From: Cyanobacteriota bacterium
GTDB taxonomy: Bacteria > Cyanobacteriota > Cyanobacteriia > Thermostichales > Thermostichaceae
Direction: 5' to 3'
DNA: 64,000 nucleotides
NCBI GenBank assembly: GCA_033764955.1
Contig: JANRIL010000038.1
Span: forward strand, 32,001 to 96,000
Made by a program: the position numbers and the translations under genes. The notes beneath the pieces were generated by a model. It saw nothing but the letters and a program-made list of their open reading frames with translations. It made no database searches and was not told the DNA's origin. Shown here piece by piece: positions 29,673 to 40,316 of this stretch (the first letter of the stretch is position 1; each line of letters starts with the position of its first letter).

Positions 29673-30230
29673 TCAGGAAGAGGCCGAGACAAAAACCTCA
29701 TCAAGGGGAACTTCTAGAGCATCAATCACTTTTGTCCAAAAATTCATAAACCCAATCAGGGCGGTCAGCTCCACTAAATCTTCATCAGTCCAGATGGCTT
29801 TTAGCTGTTCAAAAAAACTGTCGGTCACCGTCATGCTGGGAACCGTGATGCGTTCAGCATATTCCAGGGCTAATTTTTCGGCTTGGGAAAAGAGAGCACT
29901 GGTGCGGGCTTGGGCTACGGCAGCGGTTTTGGCAGGACTGGCCCCATGCTTCTCGGCTTGTAGGGTATGGTAGGGCAAACAATAGTGACGACAGCCATTG
30001 ATCTGGGAGATGCGGATGCTCACCAGTTCTTTGAGTTCTTCCGAGAGATTGGGGTTGGGAGCATGAATAGCTCCGTAGAGGGTCATGACCGCCCGCATCA
30101 GTTGTGGTTTGTGAGCCATAGCCCGTAGGGGGTTGAGGGCTGTACCGTAGGCTTTTTCTAAGCTCTCGTAGACTTTTTGCAGTTGCTTGTCAGCCTGGTC
30201 ATAGCTAACCAAAGGGATCCGCATCGACAT
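29673..30230 (-). CDS. Carboxymuconolactone decarboxylase/AhpD-family protein
   Basis: LKELVSIRISQINGCRHYC...H, AEKLALEYAERIT, LVELTALIG; probable start MSMRIP. Confidence 0.85.
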   Translation of the reverse strand: MSMRIPLVSYDQADKQLQKVYESLEKAYGTALNPLRAMAHKPQLMRAVMTLYGAIHAPNPNLSEELKELVSIRISQINGCRHYCLPYHTLQAEKHGASPAKTAAVAQARTSALFSQAEKLALEYAERITVPSMTVTDSFFEQLKAIWTDEDLVELTALIGFMNFWTKVIDALEVPLDEVFVSASS

Positions 30231-30340
30231 TCCCCGAATAAACAAATCTGAATTTACCGCGTTTTTGCCTGCTTAGGAAAGGGATTTGGGTGGGGAGAGA
30301 GGGAGCTAGCGTTGCTTGAGTACTAGGAGGGTAATATCGT

Positions 30341-30938
30341 CTAGCCCGTCACCTCTAGTGCGAGGGCTTTTGGGTGCCAGGGATGGGCACGGGCATCAAA
30401 CTTAACATCATAGGTTCGCAAACAACTCGCCTCGATTGCCTTGTTCATCGAGAGCATAGTAGTCTCCGCGGAACTGGTTGCTTGGATCGTTAATGACCAG
30501 TTGCAGGGATCCCTGCGGGCTGCGATAAACCCCGATAAAAGCCCCATCTTGAGCAGAGCCAAAATAGATCCAGGTGACTTGCGGAAATACTTGAATTTGT
30601 TCCCAGAGATAATACTCACTTTCTCGATTTTGGGTGCGAAGGATCCCCTGTTTAACGGCTGATATATTCAGTTGGTTAATACTTTCAGAAGTTTCTAGAA
30701 AACTATCCAATTTCTCTTCAATCTGACGACTGATGCTGTGTTGCAGTTGAGTCACCACATCATTGACCGCCTGCTGTCCATTACGAAGAGAAAGCCACCC
30801 GGTCAAACCAACGGCTAAGGCAATTTGCGAGAGAAAGGGAACCACCAAGATAAGGCGTAGGGATGGCGAGAAACTCTGCCCCCAAAGCTTGGAATGGACT
30901 AGGCTTGAGAGCATAAAATTTATAATTTTCGTGAGCAT
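30341..30938 (-). pseudogene. Truncated, frameshifted N-terminus of a Cache-domain sensor protein
   Basis: LRLILVVPFLSQI...VGLTGWLSLRNGQQAVN is a typical cyanobacterial sensor N-terminus; one extra T near 30420 shifts YDVKFDARAHPW into another frame; no output domain follows. Confidence 0.7.
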
Positions 30939-31275
30939 AAAGGGATCCCTTTGATGATTCCCTAAGCCATCCCAAAAATCAACAGGGTGGCCTGTTATGA
31001 TTTATGCTGAGTCCACGCAGACATTGTTTTTAGGGTTATGTTATGTTGTAACTACTGGCTAGTTAGCCCTCAAGTTATCTATGGGAAGCGGTTGAGACGT
31101 TACTTGTAGTATGTGATCGTTAGGTAACTGTAAGTTCTCAGTTGGGGTGAGTTGAGAGATTGTCGCTGGAGTGGGAGACCAGAACTTAGGGTTAGTAATA
31201 AGAGCGATCGCATAAGCCAAAGATTGAGCAAGTTCAGGTTAGTCATTCATCAGACAGCGATAGGAGGGAAAAGAT

Positions 31276-31698
31276 ATGATACGGCGTAACCAAAAACGGT
31301 TGGCCATTCGCAGCTATGTTAAGAGTCTCGGTCCCCAACTCCGGAAGCGATATGGAGCATCTAGGTACTACACCCCAGAGCAGGTTAAAGCAACAGTCCG
31401 AGAATACCATTTGAATTCAAATTGGTTATCCTATGCACTCTGTATGTACTGTGACTACGATAGCTTCATTCAATACCATTTTGATATCGGTGAGACATGC
31501 GATTATGGAGCCATGCAGAGTGAGATAGCAGGGCAATTTTCCCGTAATCATGCGTCGTTTAATAAAGGTAATGCTTCAATGGTTAACGGCGACGTAACCA
31601 GCTACGGCTATGGATGGGTTGCTGGTGGCTTTAGTGGTAGTGATTGTGGTGGTGGCTTTGATAGTGGAGGGAGTTGTGATGGTGGAGGAGGTTATTGA
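31276..31698 (+). CDS. Hypothetical protein (DUF6559-like) with Gly-rich tail
   Basis: AIRSYVKSLGPQLRKRYGASRYYTPEQV; AGGAGG RBS. Confidence 0.6.
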   Translation: MIRRNQKRLAIRSYVKSLGPQLRKRYGASRYYTPEQVKATVREYHLNSNWLSYALCMYCDYDSFIQYHFDIGETCDYGAMQSEIAGQFSRNHASFNKGNASMVNGDVTSYGYGWVAGGFSGSDCGGGFDSGGSCDGGGGY

Positions 31699-31831
31699 AT
31701 TAGCCGCTCGCCCAGCAGCTCCAGACGCTTCTGGTTAGATCTGCCATTCTGGTACAGCGGACTCACAAACACTGTGATCCTAGATTTCAAGCTATTGACC
31801 CTTGCTGACCAGGGACATTATTGCTTGTTGT

Positions 31832-32056
31832 TTAAGGTTGCTCCAATGATTTTTCGATGGCTTCCACCTGCTGTTTTTGCTGGTTAACCGTTTGCTGCAA
31901 ATTTTGCTGCAACTGATCTTTTTCCTGAATCTGTTTGATTTGCTGAATGGGAGTGCTAGCAGGCAGGGATCCGGGATCTGGGGGTTTAGGGACAAATCCT
32001 GTGGCAATCAAAAATCCCGCTAAAACGAACAGCCCTACGATCAAAAGCCCAGCCAT
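31832..32056 (-). CDS. Small single-pass membrane protein with Gln-rich coiled coil
   Basis: N-terminal hydrophobic helix; GAGG RBS. Confidence 0.55.
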   Translation of the reverse strand: MAGLLIVGLFVLAGFLIATGFVPKPPDPGSLPASTPIQQIKQIQEKDQLQQNLQQTVNQQKQQVEAIEKSLEQP

Positions 32057-32137
32057 AATCTATCCTCATTGGGACAGCCAAATTACACTCATCAGCAAAG
32101 CCACCAGGATAATTAGCAAAAGTGCCACCCCCATCCT

Positions 32138-33283
32138 TTAGGCTCCTGTCATCAGACCGCCACTCAGTTTGCGAATGGCGGTTGCCGCCACATCACTGTA
32201 GCGCAACTCTCCCGCTAGAATCTGCCCCATACGACGGGTAGCGGCAGGGCGCTTCACCCCGATGCGATAGGCCACCCCTGGCAGGCGATAAAACACAGAT
32301 GCGATTCGCTTTGCCCAGCGCATCTCGGATCCCCATTCCTGCTGGACTTGCTGCGAATAAGCAGGTAGAGCCTCTTGATCTCCCCCCAGGGCAGCACTAA
32401 TGGCAGTCGCAGCCAGTTTGCCCGTCAGAAGAGAGGGGCGGATCCCTTCAGCAGTAAAGGGGTCAATCACACAGGCGGCATCCCCCACCAGCAGGGCATT
32501 TTGGGTATGCAGGGGTTGATCTTCATCCCAGAGGCAAATGGGGTGTCCATAATGCTTGATGGTTGATAGATCCACCCCAAACAACTGAGCATAGTCCTGG
32601 GTAATGGTCTTCAGATTTTGTTTTTCTCCGCCACGGAAGGTGCCCGCCCCAATCGAATAGCCGTCCGCCTTGGGAAAATTCCAGATATAGCCGTTGCTGA
32701 CCGAACCAAAGTCAAAGTGGGCGGCGGCGGTATCGGGATCCCTTAAGCGAGCCTCTACTTCGAGGGCAGCGGCCAACCGTCGTTGTCGCTCCTGAAAGCC
32801 CAGCCATTTCGCTAGGGATCCCTTGGCTCCATCCGCCGCAATCAGATAGGTAGCCCGATAGATCGCGTCGGGGGTGAGAATTTGCCAGTGATCACTGTGC
32901 CATTGGATGCCCGTGACAGCAGTTTGATCCATCACCTGACAGCCCTGTCGTTGCGCCTGCTCAATCAAAAAGTGGTCAAACACCTCCCGTCTGACCATCC
33001 AGACAGGTTCTTTGAGATCCAATTCGGCCACCACCGGATCGCCGAGCTTCCAGGTATAGCGAATTTGGTTGATCTTGAGGGCAATGGCAGGGGAGAAGTC
33101 AAAATCAAACCACTCCGCTACCATAGGCGATACTCCTCCCCCGCAGGGCTTGTAGCGGGGTAATGCCTCCTTTTCCAAGAGGGCAACGCGATGTCCCGCT
33201 TTAGCCAGATGATAGGCAGCAGATCCTCCCGCTGGCCCTCCTCCCACAATCAAACAGTCATAGCGCGGTTCAGACATACACAT
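32138..33283 (-). CDS. Geranylgeranyl reductase family flavoprotein
   Basis: GGGPAG, PRYKPCGGG, ADGA, GYIWNFPK, GDAA...DPFTAEGI. Confidence 0.9.
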   Translation of the reverse strand: MCMSEPRYDCLIVGGGPAGGSAAYHLAKAGHRVALLEKEALPRYKPCGGGVSPMVAEWFDFDFSPAIALKINQIRYTWKLGDPVVAELDLKEPVWMVRREVFDHFLIEQAQRQGCQVMDQTAVTGIQWHSDHWQILTPDAIYRATYLIAADGAKGSLAKWLGFQERQRRLAAALEVEARLRDPDTAAAHFDFGSVSNGYIWNFPKADGYSIGAGTFRGGEKQNLKTITQDYAQLFGVDLSTIKHYGHPICLWDEDQPLHTQNALLVGDAACVIDPFTAEGIRPSLLTGKLAATAISAALGGDQEALPAYSQQVQQEWGSEMRWAKRIASVFYRLPGVAYRIGVKRPAATRRMGQILAGELRYSDVAATAIRKLSGGLMTGA

Positions 33284-33349
33284 CCCTCCTCAGACAGCCA
33301 AAGTGTAAAAATCATACCGCTCCGCTTGTTGTTAAAGGGATCCCCAAGG

Positions 33350-34669
33350 TCAGAGGGTGGTCGTGGGATCCAGGAGGACAACCTGCACCCGCACCCGTTG
33401 TTGATCCTCCAACACCGTCAGATGCACATGCTCAATCGTCAGCCGATCCCCCCCCTGGGGTTGGCGACTATTGGCTTCCAAAAATAGTCCAGCCAAAGTA
33501 GCGGCCTCACCACGGGGCAGTTCCAGATTCATCTCATTGTTAACGGTAGAGAGGCTGGCACGGATGTTGAAGATAGCCTCCGTATCACTGATCCACTCAA
33601 ACTCTTTTTCTTCAGCAGCGTCATACTCATCGCGGATTTCTCCAACAATCTCCTCCAGCAGATCCTCTAGCGTGATCAGTCCGGCGGTGCCACCAAACTC
33701 ATCGGTCACCACCACCATGTGGATCCCTTCCTCCTGCATTTCCTCCAGCAGATCTCCGGCTGACTTGCTGCTGGGAATATGGCGAACGGGGCGGATCAGT
33801 TCGGCCAGCGTCACGGGGGAGGGGGTCGATTCGGAGACCAGTTGCGCCCGCACCAAATCTTTGACGTGCAGAATACCAATCACATGGTCGATGGAGTCTT
33901 GACAAACGGGCAGGCGGGTGTGGGCACTGGCGGCAGCAATCCCGCAGGCTTCGCTGAGGGGCAGGTGAACCTTGAGGTATTGAATATTCACCCGTGGCAC
34001 CATCACGGCGCGCGCCGTCAGTTCCGAGAGTTCCACAATCCGCCGAATCATCCGTCGCTCGCGGGCATCCACCGTGCCTCCTGCCGCCGCCGCATCGACT
34101 TGAGCTTTCAGCTCTTCCACGGTGATCAGGGCTTGCCGATTGTCAGGATTATTGCCCGTGAGTCTGAGGATGCTGTTGGTAGACTGCTTCAAAAAACTGA
34201 CCATAGGGCGCGAAAGCGTTGATAACCCTTTAATCAGACCAGCTACGCTGAGGGCAATTCCTTCCGCATGAATCAGAGCCAACTGTTTCGGCACCAACTC
34301 TCCCAACACCACCTGTGCCATCAACAACAGCAGGGTGACGATGGTCAAGGCCATGTTTTCTGCCCAATCTCCTACAAAAGGCTCTAAAAACTGGCTGAGG
34401 GGAAGGGAGAGGTTAATAGCGGCGGTGGCAGAGGCCAAAAAGCCAACGAGGGTGATGCCAATCTGAATGGTGGCTAAAAAACTGGTGCTGTCCTCAGTCA
34501 GTTGCAATACCGTTTGGATCTGTTTGGCCAGTCTGGGGGTATCCTGCTCCTCAATTCGGGATTGCAGACGGGCTTTATTCACCGAGACTAAAGCAATTTC
34601 TGCCGCCGCAAACAGGGCATTGATCGCAATTAAAACGAGATTCAGTGCCAGTTGTATCAGGATATCCAT
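33350..34669 (-). CDS. Hemolysin/CorC family (CNNM-CBS-CBS-CorC) membrane protein
   Basis: FAAAEIALVS, TIQIGIT, GELVPK, VMVPR, DEFGGTAGLITLEDLLEEIVGEIRDEYD. Confidence 0.92.
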   Translation of the reverse strand: MDILIQLALNLVLIAINALFAAAEIALVSVNKARLQSRIEEQDTPRLAKQIQTVLQLTEDSTSFLATIQIGITLVGFLASATAAINLSLPLSQFLEPFVGDWAENMALTIVTLLLLMAQVVLGELVPKQLALIHAEGIALSVAGLIKGLSTLSRPMVSFLKQSTNSILRLTGNNPDNRQALITVEELKAQVDAAAAGGTVDARERRMIRRIVELSELTARAVMVPRVNIQYLKVHLPLSEACGIAAASAHTRLPVCQDSIDHVIGILHVKDLVRAQLVSESTPSPVTLAELIRPVRHIPSSKSAGDLLEEMQEEGIHMVVVTDEFGGTAGLITLEDLLEEIVGEIRDEYDAAEEKEFEWISDTEAIFNIRASLSTVNNEMNLELPRGEAATLAGLFLEANSRQPQGGDRLTIEHVHLTVLEDQQRVRVQVVLLDPTTTL

Positions 34670-34681
34670 AAGAAAGAGGGG

Positions 34682-35143
34682 TTAATGGAAATGCCCAGTC
34701 AGGTTGGGCTGAAAGGGTTGCCGTACCGCATCAAAAGGGATCCCTTGCTGGTGCAGCCAATCTTGCAGAGGACTGTCGTTTTCGGCCAGCAGGGTGCCAT
34801 CGGGGAGGCATTGAGCGGGACGATGCCAATTGCCCAGATGATGAGCCACTCGCCCTAGCTCCAGCAGATTGGTCGGCGTGATGTGCAGCAGGTCTTCTGG
34901 TTGAGCCACCACCCTAATCTCTAGCTGGGAATCTTGATAGAGCAGATCTCCCGCTTGTAGGGTGGATCCCCTGGGCAAGGCCAGCAACAGTTCTCGCCCC
35001 CCCTGTGTGTAGAGGCGCTGACGAATGCGTTGGCGATCGATCCAGGGTAGGGTGACCGTATCGGAGTGGGTAGGGGTAAGGTGATCGGCGGGATCCGCCT
35101 TGTGGCTGATCAAGAGGGGATTACTGGCAAGCCCTTCGCCCAT
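34682..35143 (-). CDS. ureE: Urease accessory protein UreE
   Basis: LPWIDRQRIRQRL...LPRG...GDLL, AHHLGNWHRP, PFQP. Confidence 0.8.
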   Translation of the reverse strand: MGEGLASNPLLISHKADPADHLTPTHSDTVTLPWIDRQRIRQRLYTQGGRELLLALPRGSTLQAGDLLYQDSQLEIRVVAQPEDLLHITPTNLLELGRVAHHLGNWHRPAQCLPDGTLLAENDSPLQDWLHQQGIPFDAVRQPFQPNLTGHFH

Positions 35144-35147
35144 AGCC

Positions 35148-35534
35148 CTAACTAGCCTCTAAAAACTGACTAAGATCTTCTAGCAAACGGGGGAGTTCTA
35201 CCTCGCTGGAGAAACGTAGGCCACTGGCCTTCAGCGTAACCAACACTTTCGCGGCATGGGGGCTAGGCCAAATATTGGGATTACAAAAAACCTCCAGCAC
35301 CAGCCCTTCCTCTTGGCGGCGGTGATCCACAGGGGATTGTTGGTGTGTCGGGGATCCCCCAGCGGTGATGCGGAGCCGTTCCGTCAGGCTTTCTAGCACC
35401 CCCCGCAATTCTTGACAGCCGGCTGGGGATAACGGAAAACGAATCGAGCCAGTTGCGAAGTTGAGGAGAAACTGAGGAGAATAGGTGCTCATGAGGATGA
35501 ATGAATAAAGACCCCGTGACGGTTGCTCTGCCAA
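35148..35534 (-). CDS. Conserved cyanobacterial hypothetical protein
   Basis: LEVFCNPNIWPSPHAAKVLVTL motif; co-oriented with neighbours. Confidence 0.7.
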   Translation of the reverse strand: MAEQPSRGLYSFILMSTYSPQFLLNFATGSIRFPLSPAGCQELRGVLESLTERLRITAGGSPTHQQSPVDHRRQEEGLVLEVFCNPNIWPSPHAAKVLVTLKASGLRFSSEVELPRLLEDLSQFLEAS

Positions 35535-35568
35535 CCCGCAACCCTAGCCTTTTATGTTAGAGGAGATT

Positions 35569-35898
35569 ATGGACAATAACAGCTTATTACGACAACTGTT
35601 GCTGATGGGAGTGGGCACGACAACCCTCGTGGCGGAGCAACTCAAAAAAACCGCCGATGATCTGGTGCAAAAAGGCAAAATGGATCCCGATGATGCCACC
35701 AACATGATCAACACCATCGCCAATCAGGTGAAGGCGGAACAAACCAACTTTGAGGGCTATCTGCAACGGCAAATTCGCAACATCATGCAGGACTTGGGGG
35801 TACCTCGGCAGGCAGAGATGGATGAGTTGCGGGGACGACTCGACCGCCTAGAGCGGCAAATTCGCCAACTGGAAAATCAGGTTTATCGCGGCAAATAA
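35569..35898 (+). CDS. Phasin-like (granule-associated) protein
   Basis: LLMGVG...ADDLVQKGKM...DLGVPRQAEMDELRGRLDRLE; GAGGAG RBS before ATG 35569. Confidence 0.75.
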   Translation: MDNNSLLRQLLLMGVGTTTLVAEQLKKTADDLVQKGKMDPDDATNMINTIANQVKAEQTNFEGYLQRQIRNIMQDLGVPRQAEMDELRGRLDRLERQIRQLENQVYRGK

Positions 35899-35953
35899 AA
35901 ACCATTTCCCTAGAGGTTGATCAGACCTCCCCATTCACCACAGGAGAAAAGCT

Positions 35954-36730
35954 ATGCATTCCATCGGGGATCCGCAAAGGAGAGACTGGCGGCAATGGCT
36001 CGTGCGGCGGCGTTGGTGGATCCCAGTCTTGGTAGCGGCGCTGCTCTGCCTGCCCTGGGGATCCCTTGGAGGGGGGGAATCAACCAGAACTGCCCTGGCT
36101 CAGTCCAACGCTCTGCCCCAGCCTGTGCAACTGGAGTTACCTGCTGGCTTGGCTCGCTATCGCTATCAAAAAGATCAAGGGGATTATCTGGAGGAAATTA
36201 ACTCCGATAACGGAGCCTATGTGCAGTGGACTAGCCTACCCATTGCGGTCTATATCCAGGATGATCATGCCAGTTGGGCAAAAGCGGTGGAAGCAGCGGT
36301 CAAGGAATGGTCAGAATATGTTCCTCTTAAAGTGGTCAAGAATGCCGAAGCAGCCGCTAGCGGCATCACAATAGAACGGGTAGAAAAAATTGCGGGTATC
36401 AGTGGGGCGGCTCGGCCCGATTTTTTCTTTAGTCCCCAGGGAAAATTGCAACAAAAAGTCTCGATCATCATTGGAGAATATCAGGGGCTAGCGGAAGTAA
36501 CGGCGGTGGCTCGCCACGAGCTGGGTCATGCGCTGGGCTTGTGGGGGCATAGTCCCAACATTCGGGACTTGATGTTTGGGGGTAATCATGCTGAAGCGAT
36601 AGGGGGCAGGGTTTTGCGGGTTCCCAAAATCACCCCACGAGATTTGAACACCCTCAAACGGGTTTATGAGCAACCTACCCTGATGGGTCAAGTGTTTCCC
36701 GAAGGAATACAAAAGCTTTACGGCCAATAA
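35954..36730 (+). CDS. Matrixin-like zinc metallopeptidase
   Basis: HELGHALGLWGHS...DLM metzincin motif. Confidence 0.88.
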   Translation: MHSIGDPQRRDWRQWLVRRRWWIPVLVAALLCLPWGSLGGGESTRTALAQSNALPQPVQLELPAGLARYRYQKDQGDYLEEINSDNGAYVQWTSLPIAVYIQDDHASWAKAVEAAVKEWSEYVPLKVVKNAEAAASGITIERVEKIAGISGAARPDFFFSPQGKLQQKVSIIIGEYQGLAEVTAVARHELGHALGLWGHSPNIRDLMFGGNHAEAIGGRVLRVPKITPRDLNTLKRVYEQPTLMGQVFPEGIQKLYGQ

Positions 36731-36757
36731 AGAAACCTTGGCCTTTTTCTACCCCCA

Positions 36758-37345
36758 TTATTCATCACAACGAGACACTCCCTGGGCGCAATAAGTACTC
36801 CACCAAGGATTAAAAGTAGCTTCATCTTCTGCCATCAGACTGTTGTCTAGTAAGGCTTGAAAACTACTCTTGTCATCCCCGTAGCGCAAATGCATGTGGA
36901 CAGGATCCCCATGCGGGGAACGCAATATCACATACTTAAATTGGTTGCAATCACTATTTTCATTGGATGTCTGCAACTCAAACATATCCCAGATAGAACC
37001 CAAGGATTTTTCGGGATAGTAGAATGGATCGCCGGCGGCTCCTCGATAAACATAACGACAATTTTCCGCTAGAGGAGTTTTGCCTTCCATATCTTTATAA
37101 AAGGAGAAATACTCCATTTGCTTAAAGACTACTCGGCCTGGATTGCGGGGATCCTGAGTAGAGGACTCTAGAGATGTATCAAGAGTGAAAGTGCCATCGA
37201 CTCCCAAAAAAGGTTGCTTATAAGCATTGGGTGAAACAACTTGTGGCTCGCTGGCTAGGACAGGTGCTGCGGAAATTCCCAAGAGAAAGCCAGTGGCAAA
37301 AACAAGCCTACTAAAGCAGTGGTGGAGATTAGTCAGATTAGTCAT
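36758..37345 (-). CDS. Secreted hypothetical protein
   Basis: Signal peptide (VLA cleavage), paired Cys; no family recognised. Confidence 0.65.
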   Translation of the reverse strand: MTNLTNLHHCFSRLVFATGFLLGISAAPVLASEPQVVSPNAYKQPFLGVDGTFTLDTSLESSTQDPRNPGRVVFKQMEYFSFYKDMEGKTPLAENCRYVYRGAAGDPFYYPEKSLGSIWDMFELQTSNENSDCNQFKYVILRSPHGDPVHMHLRYGDDKSSFQALLDNSLMAEDEATFNPWWSTYCAQGVSRCDE

Positions 37346-37690
37346 TGTTGCAACCTAAAGTACATAAACCCTGCTCAGCTCTCTTGAGCATTATTGATCA
37401 GTCATCTGTTCTTAAGAATTATTCGGATGATCTTCCAAATAACTCTATGACTTTTAGCCGACCATGAGCTGATTAGTGTAAGTTGAGTGTAGAAATAATG
37501 ATGCAGAGATAACCATGCCCTGTGGGGGCATAATCTGCTCAATTTAATTATTTATTAAGCATCTTTTGTGGATTAAACGTTCAGGCTTTTTCATGTCTTT
37601 GATGAGGTAAGAGTCAGTCATCCACAAAGGCTCTCGTGTTTTTGGTTGGAGGGATTTTTAGAAGTGCCGGCAAGTGAGCAGTCCCTCAGC

Positions 37691-38278
37691 TTATTCCCTC
37701 TCCCTCAAAGAAGCCAATTGGGAACGCCGCCGATCCACGCCCAAGCACAGTTGAACAAACAACACCCCCAAGGCCATACTCACACTGACAAAACTTGCCC
37801 GTCCTAGCCAGCGCAAAGGTTCTAGTCCTGTCAATCCAATCAACGCCCACGCTCCTGGATGTAGCAGCCCACCCAGCAGCAATACCCGTGCCATCAGATG
37901 ACTACCCCACAATCGGGATCCCATCACCACAATCGCTAGTCCGCCACCAATATTGATGAACCCCATATTGCCCAAGTGGGCATAGCAGATCCACCAGGCT
38001 CGTTTTTGCAGCTTTTGAAAAGGAATATCCAGGGTTGGGGGGGAATCGGGCGCAGAAGGGATAGCAGACAGGGGAGCGGGCGCATCCAGAACAGGATTGG
38101 CAAGGGATCCCGTTTCGCCAGAAGGGGGAGCAGTCAGGCGGAGCGGTTGCACCTGATTGAGGAGGATCCCTAAACAGAGGGCGCTCATGACCATCACCAA
38201 TCCAACTTTGACATTAAGGCGACCGGGCAGCGTCCCTAGCGGGGAATATGGAGGCTGTTGGGGAGGAGGCTGAGACAT
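37691..38278 (-). CDS. Hypothetical membrane protein
   Basis: About 4 hydrophobic segments with a YAHLGNMG motif. Confidence 0.6.
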   Translation of the reverse strand: MSQPPPQQPPYSPLGTLPGRLNVKVGLVMVMSALCLGILLNQVQPLRLTAPPSGETGSLANPVLDAPAPLSAIPSAPDSPPTLDIPFQKLQKRAWWICYAHLGNMGFINIGGGLAIVVMGSRLWGSHLMARVLLLGGLLHPGAWALIGLTGLEPLRWLGRASFVSVSMALGVLFVQLCLGVDRRRSQLASLRERE

Positions 38279-38378
38279 CGAACTCAGAAAAAACCAGCAG
38301 TTTCAGTCTGGCACGAACCGCCCCGATATCACCTGGAAATCAAGGGTTGTTCCAGGGAGCGAGGGAATGAGGGCTTGC

Positions 38379-39146
38379 TCAGGGGGCGATCACCAAATCC
38401 ACGCGGCGGTTGCGCTGTCGTCCGGTGGCGGTTTGGTTGTCAGCAACGGGTTGAGACGCACCAAATCCGCTGGCGACCCAACTGTGGGTGTTGCCTGACG
38501 GCAGGAGTTTGATCAGATAATCTTTGACGGCATTGGCTCGTTCCAAGGATAAAACTAGGTTGTAATTGTCTTCACCGATGTTGTCGGTATGTCCAGCCAC
38601 AAGGATGCGGGCATTGGGCATATCCCGCAGAGAATCCGCCACTTTTTGCAGAAGGCTGGCGGCTTCGGGGCGAATCTCAGCTTTGTCGAAGTCAAACAAA
38701 ACATCCCCCGGCAAGCTGATGGTCTGAGTACCCACCTCCAGCGTGCTGCTGGGTATCGTAGGGGGATCCTCTGGGGGTTGCGAAGAGGGGGGAGGGGAGG
38801 GTTCTAGGGTGGGCAGGGTTGGGATAGTCGGCTCAATGACTGCTGAGGTGGAGGGCTGTAGGGTGGGCGTCAACGATTGCCGCTCCAGTTCTGCCTCCAA
38901 GACTTCCACCCGCATCAGTAGGCGGATCACTTCCTGTCTGAGGCTGCGAATTTCCTGCCGTAGATCGGCTGCCGATCCAGAAACGGGGGGATCGGAGGGG
39001 CTAGGAGAGGATTCGATAGAGGGAGATTCCAAGGGCTGAGCAGATAGGGGATCCCAGGTAATCAGCCCCACTATTAGGCTCAATCCCCAGCCTGTACAAG
39101 TGAGCCAAAAGGTGACCCATGACAGGGTAGCCGTCCGTTTACTCAT
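38379..39146 (-). CDS. OmpA-family peptidoglycan-binding protein
   Basis: DVLFDFDKAEI, GHTDNIG...NLVLSLERANAV, RQRNRRV. Confidence 0.9.
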   Translation of the reverse strand: MSKRTATLSWVTFWLTCTGWGLSLIVGLITWDPLSAQPLESPSIESSPSPSDPPVSGSAADLRQEIRSLRQEVIRLLMRVEVLEAELERQSLTPTLQPSTSAVIEPTIPTLPTLEPSPPPSSQPPEDPPTIPSSTLEVGTQTISLPGDVLFDFDKAEIRPEAASLLQKVADSLRDMPNARILVAGHTDNIGEDNYNLVLSLERANAVKDYLIKLLPSGNTHSWVASGFGASQPVADNQTATGRQRNRRVDLVIAP

Positions 39147-39312
39147 GGGGGTTTCCTCGGATGGTCTGCTCCCCTATTCTGACCTGCTCGGACAGAACTT
39201 GCCTGGAGATAAAGCCGCTTTTGAAGTGCGGCAACATGCCGATTGGGGGTGGGCGGAGATAGATAGCATCCGAGTCAGATTGGATAGAAAATTGGGGTCT
39301 GGGGCAATTGGG

Positions 39313-40175
39313 GGTAGTGCCCCTGGAGTAATGAGACTATTTACTTGGGGTTCTTCCATTTCTTATCTGAGCCATGTTTACCTGCCCAAACTGTCATTCT
39401 TCTAACTTTGTTAAGCAAGGCAAAACCCATAATAAAAAACAACGATATAGATGCCATGATTACCATAGGCAGTTTACTCCTAACTCCACTCAGAAAGTCA
39501 TTTCGGATGCGGGTAGATCTTTAGCGGATAAACCCTTGCTAGAACGACTTTCTATCGCAGCCATATCTCGGATAACAGACATCTCAGAATCATAGCTATA
39601 AAACTATATCAATCATAGGTTTGCTTATACGTCTCAAATCATGGAGATTTATTCCAAGCTTACGGTAGGCTGACGCCAACAAAAAAGGCACGTTGTTCGC
39701 GTTAGCGTCTTTTCCTGTAATGCGATGCTCGTGCAGCTTGGCGTAGCCATTACTGTGGTCGTTTGTGGGATCCAAAGACAATCAACAATAGCTCTGGATT
39801 GTCATGGAGAAAGAGACTCGAATAGTCGTAGCCGCTTCTATCGGATCCAGAACCAGAGAAAGTGTAAAAGGGTTATGGAAGAGACTGCTAAAAATCTGGA
39901 AAAATAATAGTAAGTTCTATACCGGTTTCTGGAAATCTTATCAAAAATTTATTCCTAAAAATCAGTATGAAGCTGTTGGTAAAGAAACAGGGAAACCCTC
40001 TCTAATTGTTCGCGTAGCTTGGCGTACCCATAACGATTAACCAACACCCTTAGACAGAGGATTGGAAGGCTAGCAAGAAAAACTCTATTCTTTTCCAAAA
40101 TGCTGGAGAACCGTATTGGGATGATCTTCAACTTTTTGCATCACTACCATGCATCATTACTTGCATAGGACTACC
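39313..40175 (+). mobile_element. Degenerate IS1-family insertion sequence
   Basis: Terminal IRs GGTAGTGCCCCTGGAGTAATG / reverse complement GGTAGTCCTATGCAAGTAATG; InsA-like CPNCHS...KQGK...QRYRC; InsB-like fragments (ETRIVVA, AVGKETG, RLARKTLFFSK) broken by stops and frameshifts. Confidence 0.85.
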
Positions 40176-40316
40176 CAACGCGCCATTGGGTGGCCAGATC
40201 GACTGTGAAAACGGATTCCACCCCGTCCGAGCTACCCCTCTGGTGACATCTTGTGTTCTACCTGACCCAGTTAGGCGTTAGACTTTGGATGCTCTAGTTT
40301 GCCTACTCTCAATTCT

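Noticed and set aside
31200..31760. DUF6559-like gene as another attC cassette
   Set aside because: Only weak GTTAG / GCCCAGC look-alikes; no paired L boxes or complementary core sites
34682..35143. Lone ureE as a novel system
   Set aside because: Urease genes are commonly dispersed in cyanobacterial genomes
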